A DNA stretch of 63,478 bases, filler included, from Basidioascus undulatus (GCA_000826855.1; 13 parts of 13 records of this genome joined end to end with filler, not necessarily neighbours in it); one strand, 5' to 3'; shown: positions 12,341 to 24,541, numbered from the whole stretch's first letter. Program-made: numbers and translations. The notes: generated by a model from the sequence alone, not told the origin.

Positions 12341-12420
12341 GGCGAGATGGCCGAGCGGTCTAAGGCGCCAGACTAAGGATCTGGTCCGAAAGGGCGTGGG
12401 TTCGAATCCCACTCTCGTCA
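12341..12420 (+). tRNA. tRNA-Leu: tRNA-Leu(AAG), identical to 9852-9931
   Basis: Same 80-nt sequence on the opposite strand; TTTT follows. Confidence 0.97.
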
Positions 12421-12853
12421 CACTTTTCTCCCCCTCAAGTCAAGACCGAAAGGTATTGTCCCTCTATTTTCTTAAACAAGACTCCCATAGGCGATGTCCC
12501 AGTCGCCCTTCCCCAGCCAGGGCGCTGTGCTGTTTTGGCTGTGTGCACAAGATCAGTGGGATGCAGATCTTGCCTGGAACATGGGGTGCTCAGCAAGACA
12601 ACGTGGACGACAGTGCTCCGCAGCATCTATCCATGCACACTCGACTGTGCAAAAGCAATGCACAACGGGGAGTTGGCAGAATCTCCTTGCATCCTCTTCC
12701 CCGTGTGTTGCGTCATTTCGGGAGTGTCCTGGATACTGTGTTGAGATCACAGCTGTCTTGAATACTTCTACTACAAATCTACCTCCATTCACAAAATTTA
12801 GATTGTTGGAACCATCGGGAGCTTTGACTTAGGGCGCCTTTCGAGGGCTCGTC

Positions 12854-12931
12854 GCTTGGCTGGGGTAGTGGTAACCTGGGTCGTTGCCATATGAGATCGA
12901 CCCGCCCCGTGTTCGATTCACGGGCCAAGCA
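12854..12931 (+). tRNA. tRNA-Gly: tRNA-Gly(GCC) with 7-nt intron (12890-12896)
   Basis: Acceptor GCTTGGC/GCCAAGC-A; anticodon arm GGTCG-TTGCCA[TATGAGA]T-CGACC; T-arm CCGTG-TTCGATT-CACGG; T-runs downstream. Confidence 0.95.
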
Positions 12932-13252
12932 GTTCTTTTTGCTTTTTTTGTTCTACTCATGCCAAGAGTGGATGGCCGCACCAATCGTGAAACGCACTGG
13001 CGGACTGATGGCAAGCACACCTCGCTGAGAGTGAAGAAACCTGGACTGCCTGGGAACCTCACAGCCTCCCGACATATCTCTTGCATACTTTCTCAAATCT
13101 CCCATACCATCCATTGGAAATCTTCTGGGGAGGCGGCACACATGAAACTTGAACTGAGAGGAAAGCGTCTCAAGGTCAAAAGTGAAACGGTGCACCTGCA
13201 CGTGCACGTGACCGGAGCACGGAGACCTGTCCGAAGCGCCCTCGCTCAGCGC

Positions 13253-14648
13253 ATGCTTGGACCCGTTCTTACAAGCAATGTTCTCGCCCTCGCCATCTAT
13301 AGCACCGTCCTCCCCATCCGCACAGGCGCCGCCACCTCCTCGTCCACGCCTTCACCTCCGCACCGCCCTCCCCCACTGCCGCCGCAGCAACCCATAAACC
13401 CCACCTCCCCGTCCTCTCGCCCACGCTCCCCCATCCGTCCATCACACCGCCCAAACCCCTCCCTACCCACCGTCTTGCCCTCCGCGCTCCCCACCGAGGA
13501 CGCAGACGCTTTCGCGAAGACCTTCCCCGAAATTGGCGACATCCCCTTCCCGTCGCCCGAGAAGCACGCCTCTCCCATTGCGTCCCAGGCTGGCAGCGGC
13601 GGCAGCGGCGACTGGGAGCACATCCCGCCCGCGCGACAGTCGCCGCGGCCCCCAACCGTCGGCAACGGGGACTGGGAGCACGTCGCATCTGCGCGGCAGT
13701 CGCCGCAGCCTGGCTCGGGCGCGGCGGTGCGCGATGTCATTTACCCACACACGCTTTACACTTACCTGTCCTCCACCTCCGCCGGCGACCTCTCCGTCCT
13801 CCTGCTCGACGTGCGTCCGCTCGAGTCGTACCAACGCAGGCGGATACGCGCCGCCCCGCCCGGCGGCAAAGGGCGCGCAAACATCATTTGGGTCAATCCG
13901 AAGCTGTTGAGAGAAGGGTACGTTTGGGTAACTTCCTTCATTTTGGAAACGTGTGGGGCAGGCTCTGTTCCGGCTGGCTTACACGGCGGATCTGTTTGGC
14001 GCACAGCGTTCAGCCCCGCGAGGTCGACTCGTGCATTTCCCAGTCCTCTCGACGAGGGTACGAGGTGTACGCGCAGCGCGGGGCCTACGACCTCATCGTC
14101 CTGTACGACGAATCCTCCGTGACGCCGCCCCCTCATCTCTCCTGCCTGGCTTCCCTCCTCGGCCCGCTGCGCCGTCCAGCCCTCGTTCTCGTAGGCGGGT
14201 TCGAGGCATACGAGCGCGAGCTCGGCCCGGACGCCGTCGAGCACCCGCACGCGCCCCCAGCGAACGGGAAACCTGCCCCGTCGCCCCCGCCGTTGCGGGA
14301 TCCGCCGAGGGCGGAGGTCAACGGGTGAGTACCGTTGCAGGCGTTGGCGCGCGTGTGTCAGCGGGCTTCATGCTGATGGCAGACTGGGGAGCAGAGTGGC
14401 GAGACCGGCTTCGGCTGCAGCGGAGCCGCATTCGGACTCGGCGATCAAGCGGGCGCACCGGATGGCAGCCATGACGCCGGACGGATACCGCCCTGCGAGC
14501 CCCGAGGCGTACGGGATGCCTATCCCTCAAGCATCCATCCACAGCCGCTTAGACGGAGTACATTGTCGTCCTTCCTTTTATTTCTCCCGCATGGCGCTGA
14601 CCGGCGGACGCGCGCAGCATAATCCTTACTTCCCACCCCAACCCCCAT
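13253..14648 (+). CDS. DOA4/USP8-like ubiquitin hydrolase, rhodanese-domain region (3' truncated by contig end)
   Basis: VIYPHTLYTYL...VLLLDVRPLESY...IIWVNPKLL | YDLIVLYDESS...PALVLVGGFEAYERE, flanked by Pro-rich segments; resembles the non-catalytic rhodanese domain of Doa4/USP8. Start codon uncertain. Confidence 0.7.
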
Positions 14649-14759
14649 NNNNNNNNNNNNNNNNNNNNNNNNNNNNNNNNNNNNNNNNNNNNTTAATTAA
14701 TTAANNNNNNNNNNNNNNNNNNNNNNNNNNNNNNNNNNNNNNNNNNNNCTCCGCGTCAG

Positions 14760-15008
14760 GCATCATCTGCGGGGGGCACGGTATCTCGGACGCGTATTAC
14801 TGCGCGGAGTGCACGCGACTCGAGAAGGACCGGGACGGGTGCGTGAAGATCGTCAACCTCGGCGCGTCCCGGACAGACCTCTTCTACGAGCGCAAGAAGC
14901 TGGTGCGTCCGCCTTTCTTCCTGCGGCTGGTAATGCTCGGGCGAGGCTGACGGGAGAGCGGGTCCGCGTGGATAGGGTCTGCAAGGGAACAAGTTCAGCA
15001 GAGGTTGA
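14760..15008 (+). CDS. RDS3: PHF5A/Rds3 SF3b splicing factor, last two exons
   Basis: (C)[57 protein letters not shown]; intron 14903-14975. Confidence 0.95.
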
Positions 15009-15529
15009 TGCGGTCGACCCGTGGGGCGTGTGGACGGAAGGCGGCGCGGTGGCGGAGCTGGTTTTGGAGCGGGTCAGGGGGCGTGTATTATCATTGTACG
15101 CTAGATCAGGGAGTGCGCACAGTCGTTACTTGACATTTAAAGGAACTGTGGTCTTGGGAAGCTTCACGCAATCTCTTCTCGCAGTCGAAGTGGCAGCTGG
15201 CGCTCACTCTTCTCTCGGCTATGATGGACGGGCGATAAGAGGCCGCCCGAGTCTGTCGCGGGTCTGGCTCTGTAAGGGTGTATATCTCAATTTACCGCCT
15301 TGTCATTGATGAAATGGACATAGGCCTTCGTATGTTTTCCGAAGGGTTACGGAGTCGTCCCAGTCCATGATGGCCGTCCTCCACCTTGTTCTCTCTCGTC
15401 CAGTGTAGCATCGACATCAGTCATATTCCATCGCCCCAACCTCACTTGCCCGCATCGCAAGCTCTTTCGCAACCGCCGACTTCGAGATAACTTTACACTC
15501 ATAGTTCTCTGAACGGGGTAACACATATT

Positions 15530-15603
15530 GGCCGCTTAACTCAGTTGGTTAGAGTGTGGAGCTAATAACTCCAAAGTCGCAGGTTCGACCCCTGCAGTGG
15601 CCA
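15530..15603 (+). tRNA. tRNA-Ile: tRNA-Ile(AAT)
   Basis: GGCCGCTTAACTCAGTTGGTTAGAGTGTGGAGCT-AAT-AACTCCAAAGTCGCAGGTTCGACCCCTGCAGTGGCCA, full cloverleaf. Confidence 0.96.
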
Positions 15604-16513
15604 TCTCCTTTTATTATGCTTTTAATCCATTTGCGTGCGCCAATAAGAAAAAAACCGAAAGAGATACATTCCACAGTATGGCCTTAGTGAGTACCTGGAA
15701 AGGTATCGACAGAACAGTGACTTTCTTCCCGCCTCATCCTGTCGCATCATGCTGTCACGGCGGAGATATCATGATCGACGAATCTACACCGCAGTATCAG
15801 TCCTCCAGATGGTTCATGTGAGCGTTGCAACGGCATGCCCAGAACGGCGAGCGACTAATTCCAGTGCTGGCGAGTAAGTGCTACTCATCTGCAATCCGCG
15901 CGAAGTTACGAAGTATGATCATTTTTCATGCTATGAGCTCCTCCAGCGATCGCGAAGACCTGGGGGTCTGGTCCGTTCTTTGCGCTCTGCGGCAGTTGCG
16001 ATACCGTCGTCTCGCGGAACGCCGTGCAGCAGCTGGGCGACCCACTCGGTGGTTGTAGGGAGATATAGAAGATGGTATGGCAAACCAATAGCACAAAACA
16101 GGGTATCACGCTCAAGGGGGCTCATGAGAGGCTCCAAAACTTTGGATGAGACTCGGGAGAAAATGAGGTGTGTGCAGTCGGTCGACTAGACAACTCAGGC
16201 GGGCAACTCAGGTGAGACGCAGCATTGTGGCCTGGAGTTGATCTGGGCAAGCAAGTGTAGGGCGGCAAGTCCAGACTAACAGTCTGCAGGAGTTTGAGGG
16301 GACAGCAGGGCGCCAGCGAGGTGCCGACGGAGGCGAAGGGCGCGGACAGGACCAACGAAAGTTTCGACAGCAGACTTCGCCAGCAGGAACATGCTTGTCT
16401 GCTGAGCTTGAGCTGCAAACTTCGCAGCACACTTACTCTATTTCAAGGGTGGCACGCGTAAACTGCACGTTGGCTTCGTGAAATGCATGTCTCGAAGGAC
16501 TAACACACATGGT

Positions 16514-18227
16514 CTACGCACACCCAGACTCCACCCGGGCAAGAAAGTCTGAAGCGAGCTTGTCGACCTTCTCGGTGTGCGTAGCGGACAGATAGTGCGG
16601 AGCCCCTTCGAGGATAGCCACCTCAGGCTTGGTGGCAGTGAGGCTTTTGGCGTAAACCTGTGATCGCATTCCTGGTAAGTCTGCTGCATCTTATCATAGG
16701 GAGGATCGGACTTACCTCTGCGCAAGACTCGGGAGGGAACATGGTGTCGTTCGCTGCGTTCGTGTTAGCCTAGCCGCGATCTGCTCGATTGCTTTGCGAA
16801 GATACGCACTGCCTTGGATGAACAGGATGGGCATTGTCAAGTTGTCGATGATGGCTCTGCGACTGGCACAATGAGCACAACGTTTGCACCGGTCCTCCGT
16901 GTTTAACTCACTGGCTGAGGGGTGGGCGATCCAGTATCGCAGACCAAGCGATGGGGAGACTGAAGTTCACCAGAATGATCAGCAAAACAAACGTGAGGAG
17001 GGGCTCTGCCGGATTTGCTGACAAGCCAGTATCGCCCTTGTTGAATTGAGCTTCCACGAAGTCCTGCAAGGCTCAAAGCCGACATGAGACTCCTGATTGG
17101 AATAAGGCATTGACCATGAAACGAGAGCCGCACCGTGATACCTTGCAGAGTCGGGCCATCGATGTAGTCGCCTGCCTGGTTGTCAGCGGTGAATCACTGT
17201 GTGGGTCTCGACCTCGAAAGCGTACCGTAAAACTTGTTAACACTTTCGAAGTTGAATGCCATGAGCGTTGCCTTCGATTGAGTGAGAGTCGGTGCAGACT
17301 CACATCAGATGGAGCGTATCAATAGGGAAGTCGGTGCCTGCGCTGAACTCGCGTTTCGCTTCCTCGAAGAACTCGCGAGTCTCAGGTATCTGATAGGACT
17401 GGGTATGATCAGTGCTGAGGTACACTCTCAATAGGGAGTAAGGGTACGCACATCCACAGGAGAATAGATTGAAGAAATGATCAAGCCCTTGACGGCGCTC
17501 GGTCTGTGGGCCGCAATGTTCAGGGCGACGATCCCACTCGCTGCGAACGCTTGTCAGACTATGTCTGAGCTTATTCCGGGAGCTATGAGCGACTTACGTC
17601 CGGAACCCCATATGTAGGCCTTTCGGATAGGGCACATTGTGAGTACAGAGATGAAGAAGCTACAAGCCTGTAATCACTCACTTCCTCAATGCCGAGCACT
17701 TCCAAGGCTTTAAATATCGTCTGCGAGATCGAAGAGTAGGGGTATTTCCCCGGGAACGGCGGGGTCCGGGTCTTGCCCTCGTAAGGCATGTCGAAAGCGA
17801 CCTGTAGGCGCCAGAGCCAGTAAGCAGGCTGCCACGCAGCTCAAATCCGCGATCACGAACCAGATTGTACTTGGAATTCAGAAGGGGGTCTGCGAACTGC
17901 GGCATGCTTCAGAAGACGTGTAAGCTAGTGGGAAGTACGCTGCACGAGCAGAGATGCGCAAACGTACTAGCTATCGACCGCGCACCGTCCCAAGCATTCT
18001 TGCATCAGCATCAGCGACGCCTTGGCGCACAGAGTCGAACGCACAAGGAAGCGTCTCGTGCGCTTGGACTGTTGACGGTGCTTGGAATTAGACAAACCGA
18101 TCCCTCCGACTGCACTGGATGATCATGCGCACTGGAGGAAGACAATCGTGCTCCGGCTCTTGTCCTCCGCGAAGGGGAAGCGAGTGTAGTATAGCGAAAG
18201 GCCGTCATCGAGGTGGACCCAAGGCAT
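16514..18227 (-). CDS. alpha/beta-hydrolase fold protein, many small exons
   Basis: MPWVHLDDGLSLYY...TIVFL, QFADPLLNSKYNL|VAFDMPYEGKT, IFKALEVLGIEE|AYIWGSG, ALNIAAHRPSAVKGLII, LTMPILFIQG, GAPHYLSATHTEKVDKLASDFL. Not all exon junctions resolved. Confidence 0.7.
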
Positions 18228-19615
18228 CGAATATGTGTGTGCGAGGGTAGAAATACAGCGTTGAGAGGCAAATACCAGATGCGAGTGCGACGGCAGCAAG
18301 CGCTTGGGAGGAATTTGAGCGAGATGATGCCACGGCGCCTTGACTGCTCTTGAGCACAACCCCTCGCGGATGTTTCACAAGATCAATAGTTCGAGAGGCA
18401 CCCACCGGGGGATTCCTCGTTCCGTATGCAGCATGGCACGAGCCTCCGAGGGTGAAACACTGCAAGCGTGCCTGGGCAACTTGTCGCTCTCCCAAGCGCT
18501 CAAGCACGGTGCATGGAAGTTCACCGGCGACAGAGCCGATAAACCTTACAGCTCTACCATTTGTATGAAATATTTGAATAAGTCGTGCAAAACGGTTTCC
18601 GGCAACCGGAGTCTTTCCATAGCGCGCATCAGGACGATCAAGGAAGAGAGGAGAAGCTGCAGCTGTCGACGGTAAAAATGGCCTTCAGTCTCCGAGCGCT
18701 ATCCCGTCTTCAAGCAGCGCTTGGAGACCCGATCCGTCCGCCAGGGTCACGCTTCTGATGTCAAACCCTTTGTTTGTACCCCAACACTCCCCTCTGCGAG
18801 GAAAGGCGGTTGCACGATCTTTTAAGCAAACATGGCGAACACTGCAGAGAAACGCAAGCTCGACGAAGGGTATTGAACGCTGGGGCTGAGCTGAAAGGAA
18901 AGCGTGAGCGCGCTGCCGGTGCTTGTGACATTGAAGGGGGCCTAAGGCCCATGCCTTTCCTCTGCATGTTATGTAGGTATCCGTATGCAGATTTTGAAAG
19001 CGACACGACTTCCGTTGCGAGATGCAGTGAGTCAAATCAGCCCCAGTGACACTCCGACAAAGTTGAAGGGGACGTGCAGCGGGCACGCGCATGAGCTGCC
19101 AGCTTCACGCTGTGAAGGCGCCTTCGACCCTCAATATTGGTACTTTCATTCTACACTGTCTTCGTCTTGGGGTGGGTGAGGGGGAACGATCATGGCGAAC
19201 AGCTTCTGTCACATACTGCAGGGACGAGCAGCGTACATGCATCAACACAGAAGGAGCGAGTTTCCGTGAAGTCTCTGTCCAGCATTTGAGCGGAGTTGAA
19301 GCTCAAGGGGGAGTGCTTGGATGCCTTTATTGGAGCTGTTCTCATCCTCTCCCCCTTCCAGCCGTTTTCAATTCGCATTCTGAATCGTACTCACCAACGC
19401 TCACACTCTTTCTATCCCGATGCACCTTCCCGAATCATTCGTCTTCCCCGACTGCACTGCACTGCTGCGGGGCTGGAGGGCCGCCCAAAACCCGCATCTT
19501 GAGTGCGTGCGGGCANNNNNNNNNNNNNNNNNNNNNNNNNNNNNNNNNNNNNNNNNNNNTTAATTAATTAANNNNNNNNNNNNNNNNNNNNNNNNNNNNN
19601 NNNNNNNNNNNNNNN

Positions 19616-20144
19616 CACGGAAGCGGGCATGGTACGCCGCGTACTCGGCGTCGTCGAGCGCGAAGCGCCCGCCGTCCAGCATGTCCCCTAGGAAGATGAT
19701 CACGTCTGGGTTTTGCTTCAGGACCGTGCGGAATGACTTGCGCAAGTACTGGTCGACCAGCTTCTGCGTGAGATACATCGCGGGCGCGGACCGCCCAGGA
19801 TATGAGCGTGCGTCGAGCACTTGTGGGTCGGCCACGAGAAGGACGCGCGTGATGGACGCTGCACCGTTCTGTCCAACACCACACCCCAAGTCTCGTCAAG
19901 TTCCGTTTGGGGCAAAGGATCCTACCTGAGAGGAGAAGAGAGGGAAAGGAGGACACACCTTCCGCAGCTGAGCATCGGGCCACTTGCAGCCAAACACCTG
20001 TGCGTAGAACGTCCCCGCCTCGGACCAGAGGATGACGGCGGCCCAGACGCAGCGGAGGGTGAGGACGCCGAGTGCGCGCGCGTCGATGCGCGCCGGGCGG
20101 CGGCGGCGGCGCGAGGGGTGCGACGACGCGTGCGACGAGGCCAT
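19616..20144 (-). CDS. CDC1: Cdc1/PGAP5(MPPE1)-like metallophosphoesterase, 5' part
   Basis: N-terminal TM then CKWP, RVLLVADPQVLDARSYPGR, NPDVIIFLGDMLDGGR; truncated at linker. Confidence 0.85.
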
Positions 20145-20679
20145 CCAGTGCGGGAGGCGAAACGCGTCGCTGGCGAAGAGTGGTCGGCGCTGGGAACCTT
20201 GTAGCGACGCCTGTAGCGGGTATATGCGAAATAAAGAGAGATGCAAATGGACGTCAGGGAAAGAGCCAGGATTAGAAATCTAGAGGTGTAGAGGTGATCG
20301 ACGCAGGAGAGAGCAAGTGTGCAGGGGCTCTGAGCTGTTGACACGACGGTCAGTCAGGCCTGCATGCACGACCGTTGATGGCATGCGCGTCTGCCGCGGC
20401 GGCGCCTTCTCTTTTCGTCGGACCCTGGCCAGTCGGTGCAGCAAAAGTATATTCACACCGTACCATCCACTTTGTGTACACGTTGTTGTTTGTATGGTTT
20501 GCAGGTCTGCTGTGCGGAGGACACGGCGCGGTGGAAAAGCATAATAACAGCTTTCATTTTCGACGACAGCCTCAAACGCCCAAACCTCAAACGCGCCGGG
20601 CCCGCCGGCCAGCCCAGCCGCCCTCGATCGTCCATCCCCAGTCCGCCCTCTCCCTCATCTCACATTCCCTCTGTTCTCA

Positions 20680-22234
20680 ATGTCGCCCTCCGCATCCTCC
20701 TTCCTCCCCTCCGAGCTCGCCGCGGCGCTCCCCCTCTCGCCCTACATCCTCGCCCTCGCCGCCGCGTACGTCGCGTACGTCCTTCTGATGCCGAAGAAGG
20801 AGGTGTTCGATCCTAAGGGGAAGGTGCGTCCTGTTCCCTTCCTTTATCCCCCCTCCTTTAAGCACCGGTGACTGACCGAAGAAGGATGGGATAGCACTGC
20901 CTCGTCACCGGCGGGTCGCAAGGTCTCGGACTGGCGCTCGCCAAAGAGCTCGTCAAGCAGGGCGCGCACGTTACGATTGTAGCTAGGAACGAGTCCAAGC
21001 TCTCCTCTGCGCTTTCTGAGCTGGAGGTGCGTCCCCTCCCTTTCCCCCTGCCTCTCCCTACCCCCCTCTGCTTCCTACCTCCCTGGGTCTCACTCCGTTC
21101 GCCCCCAGGCCCTCCGGCTCTCCCCCTCCCAGCACCTCACCACAGTCTCGGCCGACCTGTCCCGTCCGGAACCAACAAATGCCGCTTTCGCCACCGCCAG
21201 CGCGACCGCCGCGCTCGCTACCGGGCGCGCGGTGCACCCGCCCGAGTATGTCTTCTGCTGCGCGGGCGCGAGCACGCCGGGGTGGTTCCTCGAGGTGGAG
21301 GACGAGGTGTTTGAGCGGGATATGGGCGCGTGCTATTGGAGTGGGCTGTGGACTGCGCGGGTGCGTTTCTCCTTCTCCTGCCCTCCTCTTTCCTCTTCCT
21401 TCCTTGTTCTGCCTCTCCCCGCCTCGTCTTGATTACCAACAGACTAAACCCGGCTCGTCCCACCCCCAGGCGGCCGCGCGCCTAATGGTCCAGCACCGCA
21501 TCCCCTCCGGCAAGATCATCTTCGTCTCCTCCCTCCTCGGCCTGCCCCTGGGCGTGCCGGGCTACTCCCCCTACGCACCAGCGAAGCACGCCCTGCGCGG
21601 GCTGGCGGACCAACTCCGGACGGAGCTGCAGCTGTATGGGATCGCCGTGCACATCCATTTCCCGGGGACGATCTACTCCCCCGGGTTTGAGCGGGAGCAG
21701 GAGACGAGGCCGGGGTTGACGAAGGAGATTGAGGGCCCGGATGAGGGGCTGGTGCCGGAGGAGTGCGCGAGGGGGTTGTTGAGAGGTGCGTGGGCGAGGG
21801 GGGGGTGGAGGAAAGGGGAGAGACGCTGATAAGGGAAGGGGGTGGATAGGGTTAAAGAAGAACAGGTACATGATTACTACCGACTGGATCGGACACCTCC
21901 TCGCGCCCATCTCGCGCGGGACGTCGCCACGCGGGAACGCGCTTGTGGAAGGCACGCTGGGGTTGATCGCTTATGTACGTTTGCTTCTTCTCTCCCTCCC
22001 CTCCCCTCACATCATCCCCCTTTTCCACTTTCCCCCTACCCCCCAATGGAGCTTGTGGGTTGGTCCTGCCAGCTGACACGATCGGACGCGCGGCAGCTCG
22101 CCTTCCCGATCTGGTACAAGTACATGGAGCACGTCGTGCGCAAGGGCCGGGCAAAGCACCTGCAGGAGCTGCGGATGGCGAGCGTGAAGGGGCAGGAGGA
22201 GCTGGTGCCGGCGGGGAAGGGGGGGAAGCAGTGA
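20680..22234 (+). CDS. TSC10: 3-ketodihydrosphingosine reductase, 6 exons
   Basis: HCLVTGGSQGLGLALAKEL, VFCCAGASTPGWF, GYSPYAPAKHALRGLADQLRTEL, FPGTIYSPGFEREQETRP, C-terminal membrane segment. Confidence 0.93.
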
Positions 22235-22383
22235 GGGAGCGGATCATAACGGGTTGCTGGGTGTGTGGATCCAGCTTCATAGATCACTGAAGAGTACAGA
22301 TGATTGAGGATGCGTGTCGAACTCGAAACTCGGGCGTGTGAAGAGCAGACCAGTCGGTGCTCGTTCAACTGTTATATATCCCG

Positions 22384-23265
22384 CTACCCTCCATTCGCTT
22401 GCCCCTCCTCCTCTCTTACCTCCTGCTTCGCCTCCCCATCCTTGCGCTTCACTCCGGCTCCAGCCCCACCCCCCGCCGCCCGCTCCTCCACCTCCCGCAA
22501 CACTCTCAGCGCGTCCCGCATCCCCTCCCACGCTTCCACCTCCAACCGTCTCGCATAAAGTCCCAGCTCCGCCTCCCCCGCCGTCCCTGCCACCCCCGCG
22601 GTAGACGGCCCCGGCTGGCGCGGCTGGAGGAGGCGCGGGGACGCGCGCGTCTTGCGGAGGTATGCGATTGTGGTGCGGAGGGAGAGCTGGATGTCCTGTT
22701 TGCTCGGGCCGGAATCAGGCTTGAGCGTTCTCGGGAGCAGACAGAACGAAGGGGGAAGATGAAAGGGAAGGTGAAAGGAAGGGGGAACGCACGTTCAACG
22801 CAGCAAAATACTCCTTCGCGCTCTCCACAAACCGATCAATCTGCGGATCCCCAATCGTCTCGCCGTGCTCCTCCTCCTCCTCCTCGCCCCACAGGGCCAT
22901 CTTCGGCTCCCCCTCCTTCTCTCCCTCCTCCTTCTCTTTCCCCTCCTCCCCGGCGCCTTCCCCGGGCAGGAGCGCGGAGAGCGTGCGCGAGGCGAGGGTA
23001 AGGAGGTGCGCGATTTTCTGTGGGAGGGGCAGGGTGAGTGGGGAAGGGGATGGGGAAGGGGAGGAGATTGGGGGAGGGGGGAGGGATGGGGACGCACACG
23101 CTCGACGAGGAGGAGGGATTGCATTTCGCGGGAGGAGCGGGAGGAGGTCCATACGTCTGAGTCTGGTGCTGGAGGTGCGGGAGCGGGTGCAGTGGGGAAG
23201 GCGCCATCATGCATTTCCACGTCGCCTGGTTCTGCGCTGTGGGGGGATGGCGTGGCGGAGGACAT
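22384..23265 (-). CDS. MED11: Mediator subunit Med11-like, 3 exons
   Basis: MQSLLLVER|IAHLLTLASRTLSALL...FVESAKEYFAALN|DIQLSLRTTIAYLRK...LGLYARRLEVEAWEGMRDAL; matches the fungal Med11 helical pattern as recalled. Confidence 0.75.
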
Positions 23266-23612
23266 CGTGCCTTGCGCGCGTGTGTGTGTGGATGGCGATT
23301 GAATGTAGCGAAGAGAGACGAGAGAAGAGAAGAACATACGCGTCTTGCCAAATAGCCGCACGTGCGGATCTGACGTCGCCGGCAACTCCGAGGCACGGAC
23401 CGACCCACCGAGTGCACCGAAGCGCCTGCCCCTCCTTCGCCTTCCCCTCCTCCTCTCATCCACATCCTCAGCCGATGCTCACACAGGGCCTCCGGCAGCC
23501 CAAACCAATCAGTCTCAGACTCCCCATCCCCCGCGCACCGCTTTCCGTACCGCTTGGAGCCAGCTTCCGGCCCCATCGATCAACCAACCCCACCCCGACT
23601 GTGAACCGCATC

Positions 23613-24401
23613 ATGTCCCACTCCTTCTCGCACTCGACTTCAAACTCCACCACACCCCCTCCGCCTGCGCCCGCGCGTGGAGTCGCGCCAGAGGCGATGT
23701 GCGTGCTCGCTCCTCTCCAGCTTCTGTCAGGCAGCGGACGCTGATCTGCAGGGAGGGGCACAGGGTCTGGTTCGATATCGACAACTGTCTGTGCGTTGCG
23801 CTGGTGGTTGATTGGGCTGGGGCGTGGCTGATAGGAGGGGTACTGGGATGGCAGGTACGGCCGCTCGTCTAGGATATCAGAGCTCATGCAGGACCGGATC
23901 AGGGCGTACTTCCGTTCGCTGGGCGTGCGTCTTCCCCCCTCCCCGCCCTTCGCACCTGGGTCTTGAGAAACTTACGATGGGAGGTGCGGGTGGGGGACGG
24001 TAGCTCTCTGAGGAAGAGGCCGGCGAGCTCCACCACCAGTACTACAAGTCGTATGGACTTGCGATTCGCGGGCTGGTAGCGCACCACCAGGTGCGTCTGC
24101 CTTTCCCCCCTCTTTCTCCCTCTGCTTTCCCCCACCCTTCCATCCCTCTCCTCCATCCCACATTCTCCACCACCTCTCCTACCCCGTTCCCGCTTCCCCT
24201 CCCCTCCCTCTCCCTCCCCTGCCTCCACGAGCTGACCACTCCCCCATCACACAGGTCGACCCCCTCGACTACGACACCAAATGCGACGCGTCCCTCCCGC
24301 TGGAGAGCGTGCTCAAGCCGGACCCGAAGCTGCGCAAGCTCCTCGCCGACATCGACCGCTCGAAGGTCCGCGTGTGGGCGCTGACGAACGCCTATAAGAC
24401 T
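23613..24401 (+). CDS. SDT1: HAD-family pyrimidine 5'-nucleotidase (Sdt1/Phm8), 5' part
   Basis: VWFDIDNCL|Y, ELHHQYYKSYGLAIRGLV, VDPLDYDTKCDASLPLE, WALTNAYKT. Confidence 0.93.
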
Positions 24402-24541
24402 GTGCGTCCCCCCCCCCCCNNNNNNNNNNNNNNNNNNNNNNNNNNNNNNNNNNNNNNNNNNNNTTAATTAATTAANNNNNNNNNNNNNNNNNNNNNNNNN
24501 NNNNNNNNNNNNNNNNNNNGCGACGGTGGTGAAGGTGAACT

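Noticed and set aside
12884..14122. 412-aa ORF starting inside tRNA-Gly
   Set aside because: It starts at a TTG within the tRNA and reads through an intron; only the central part is coding.
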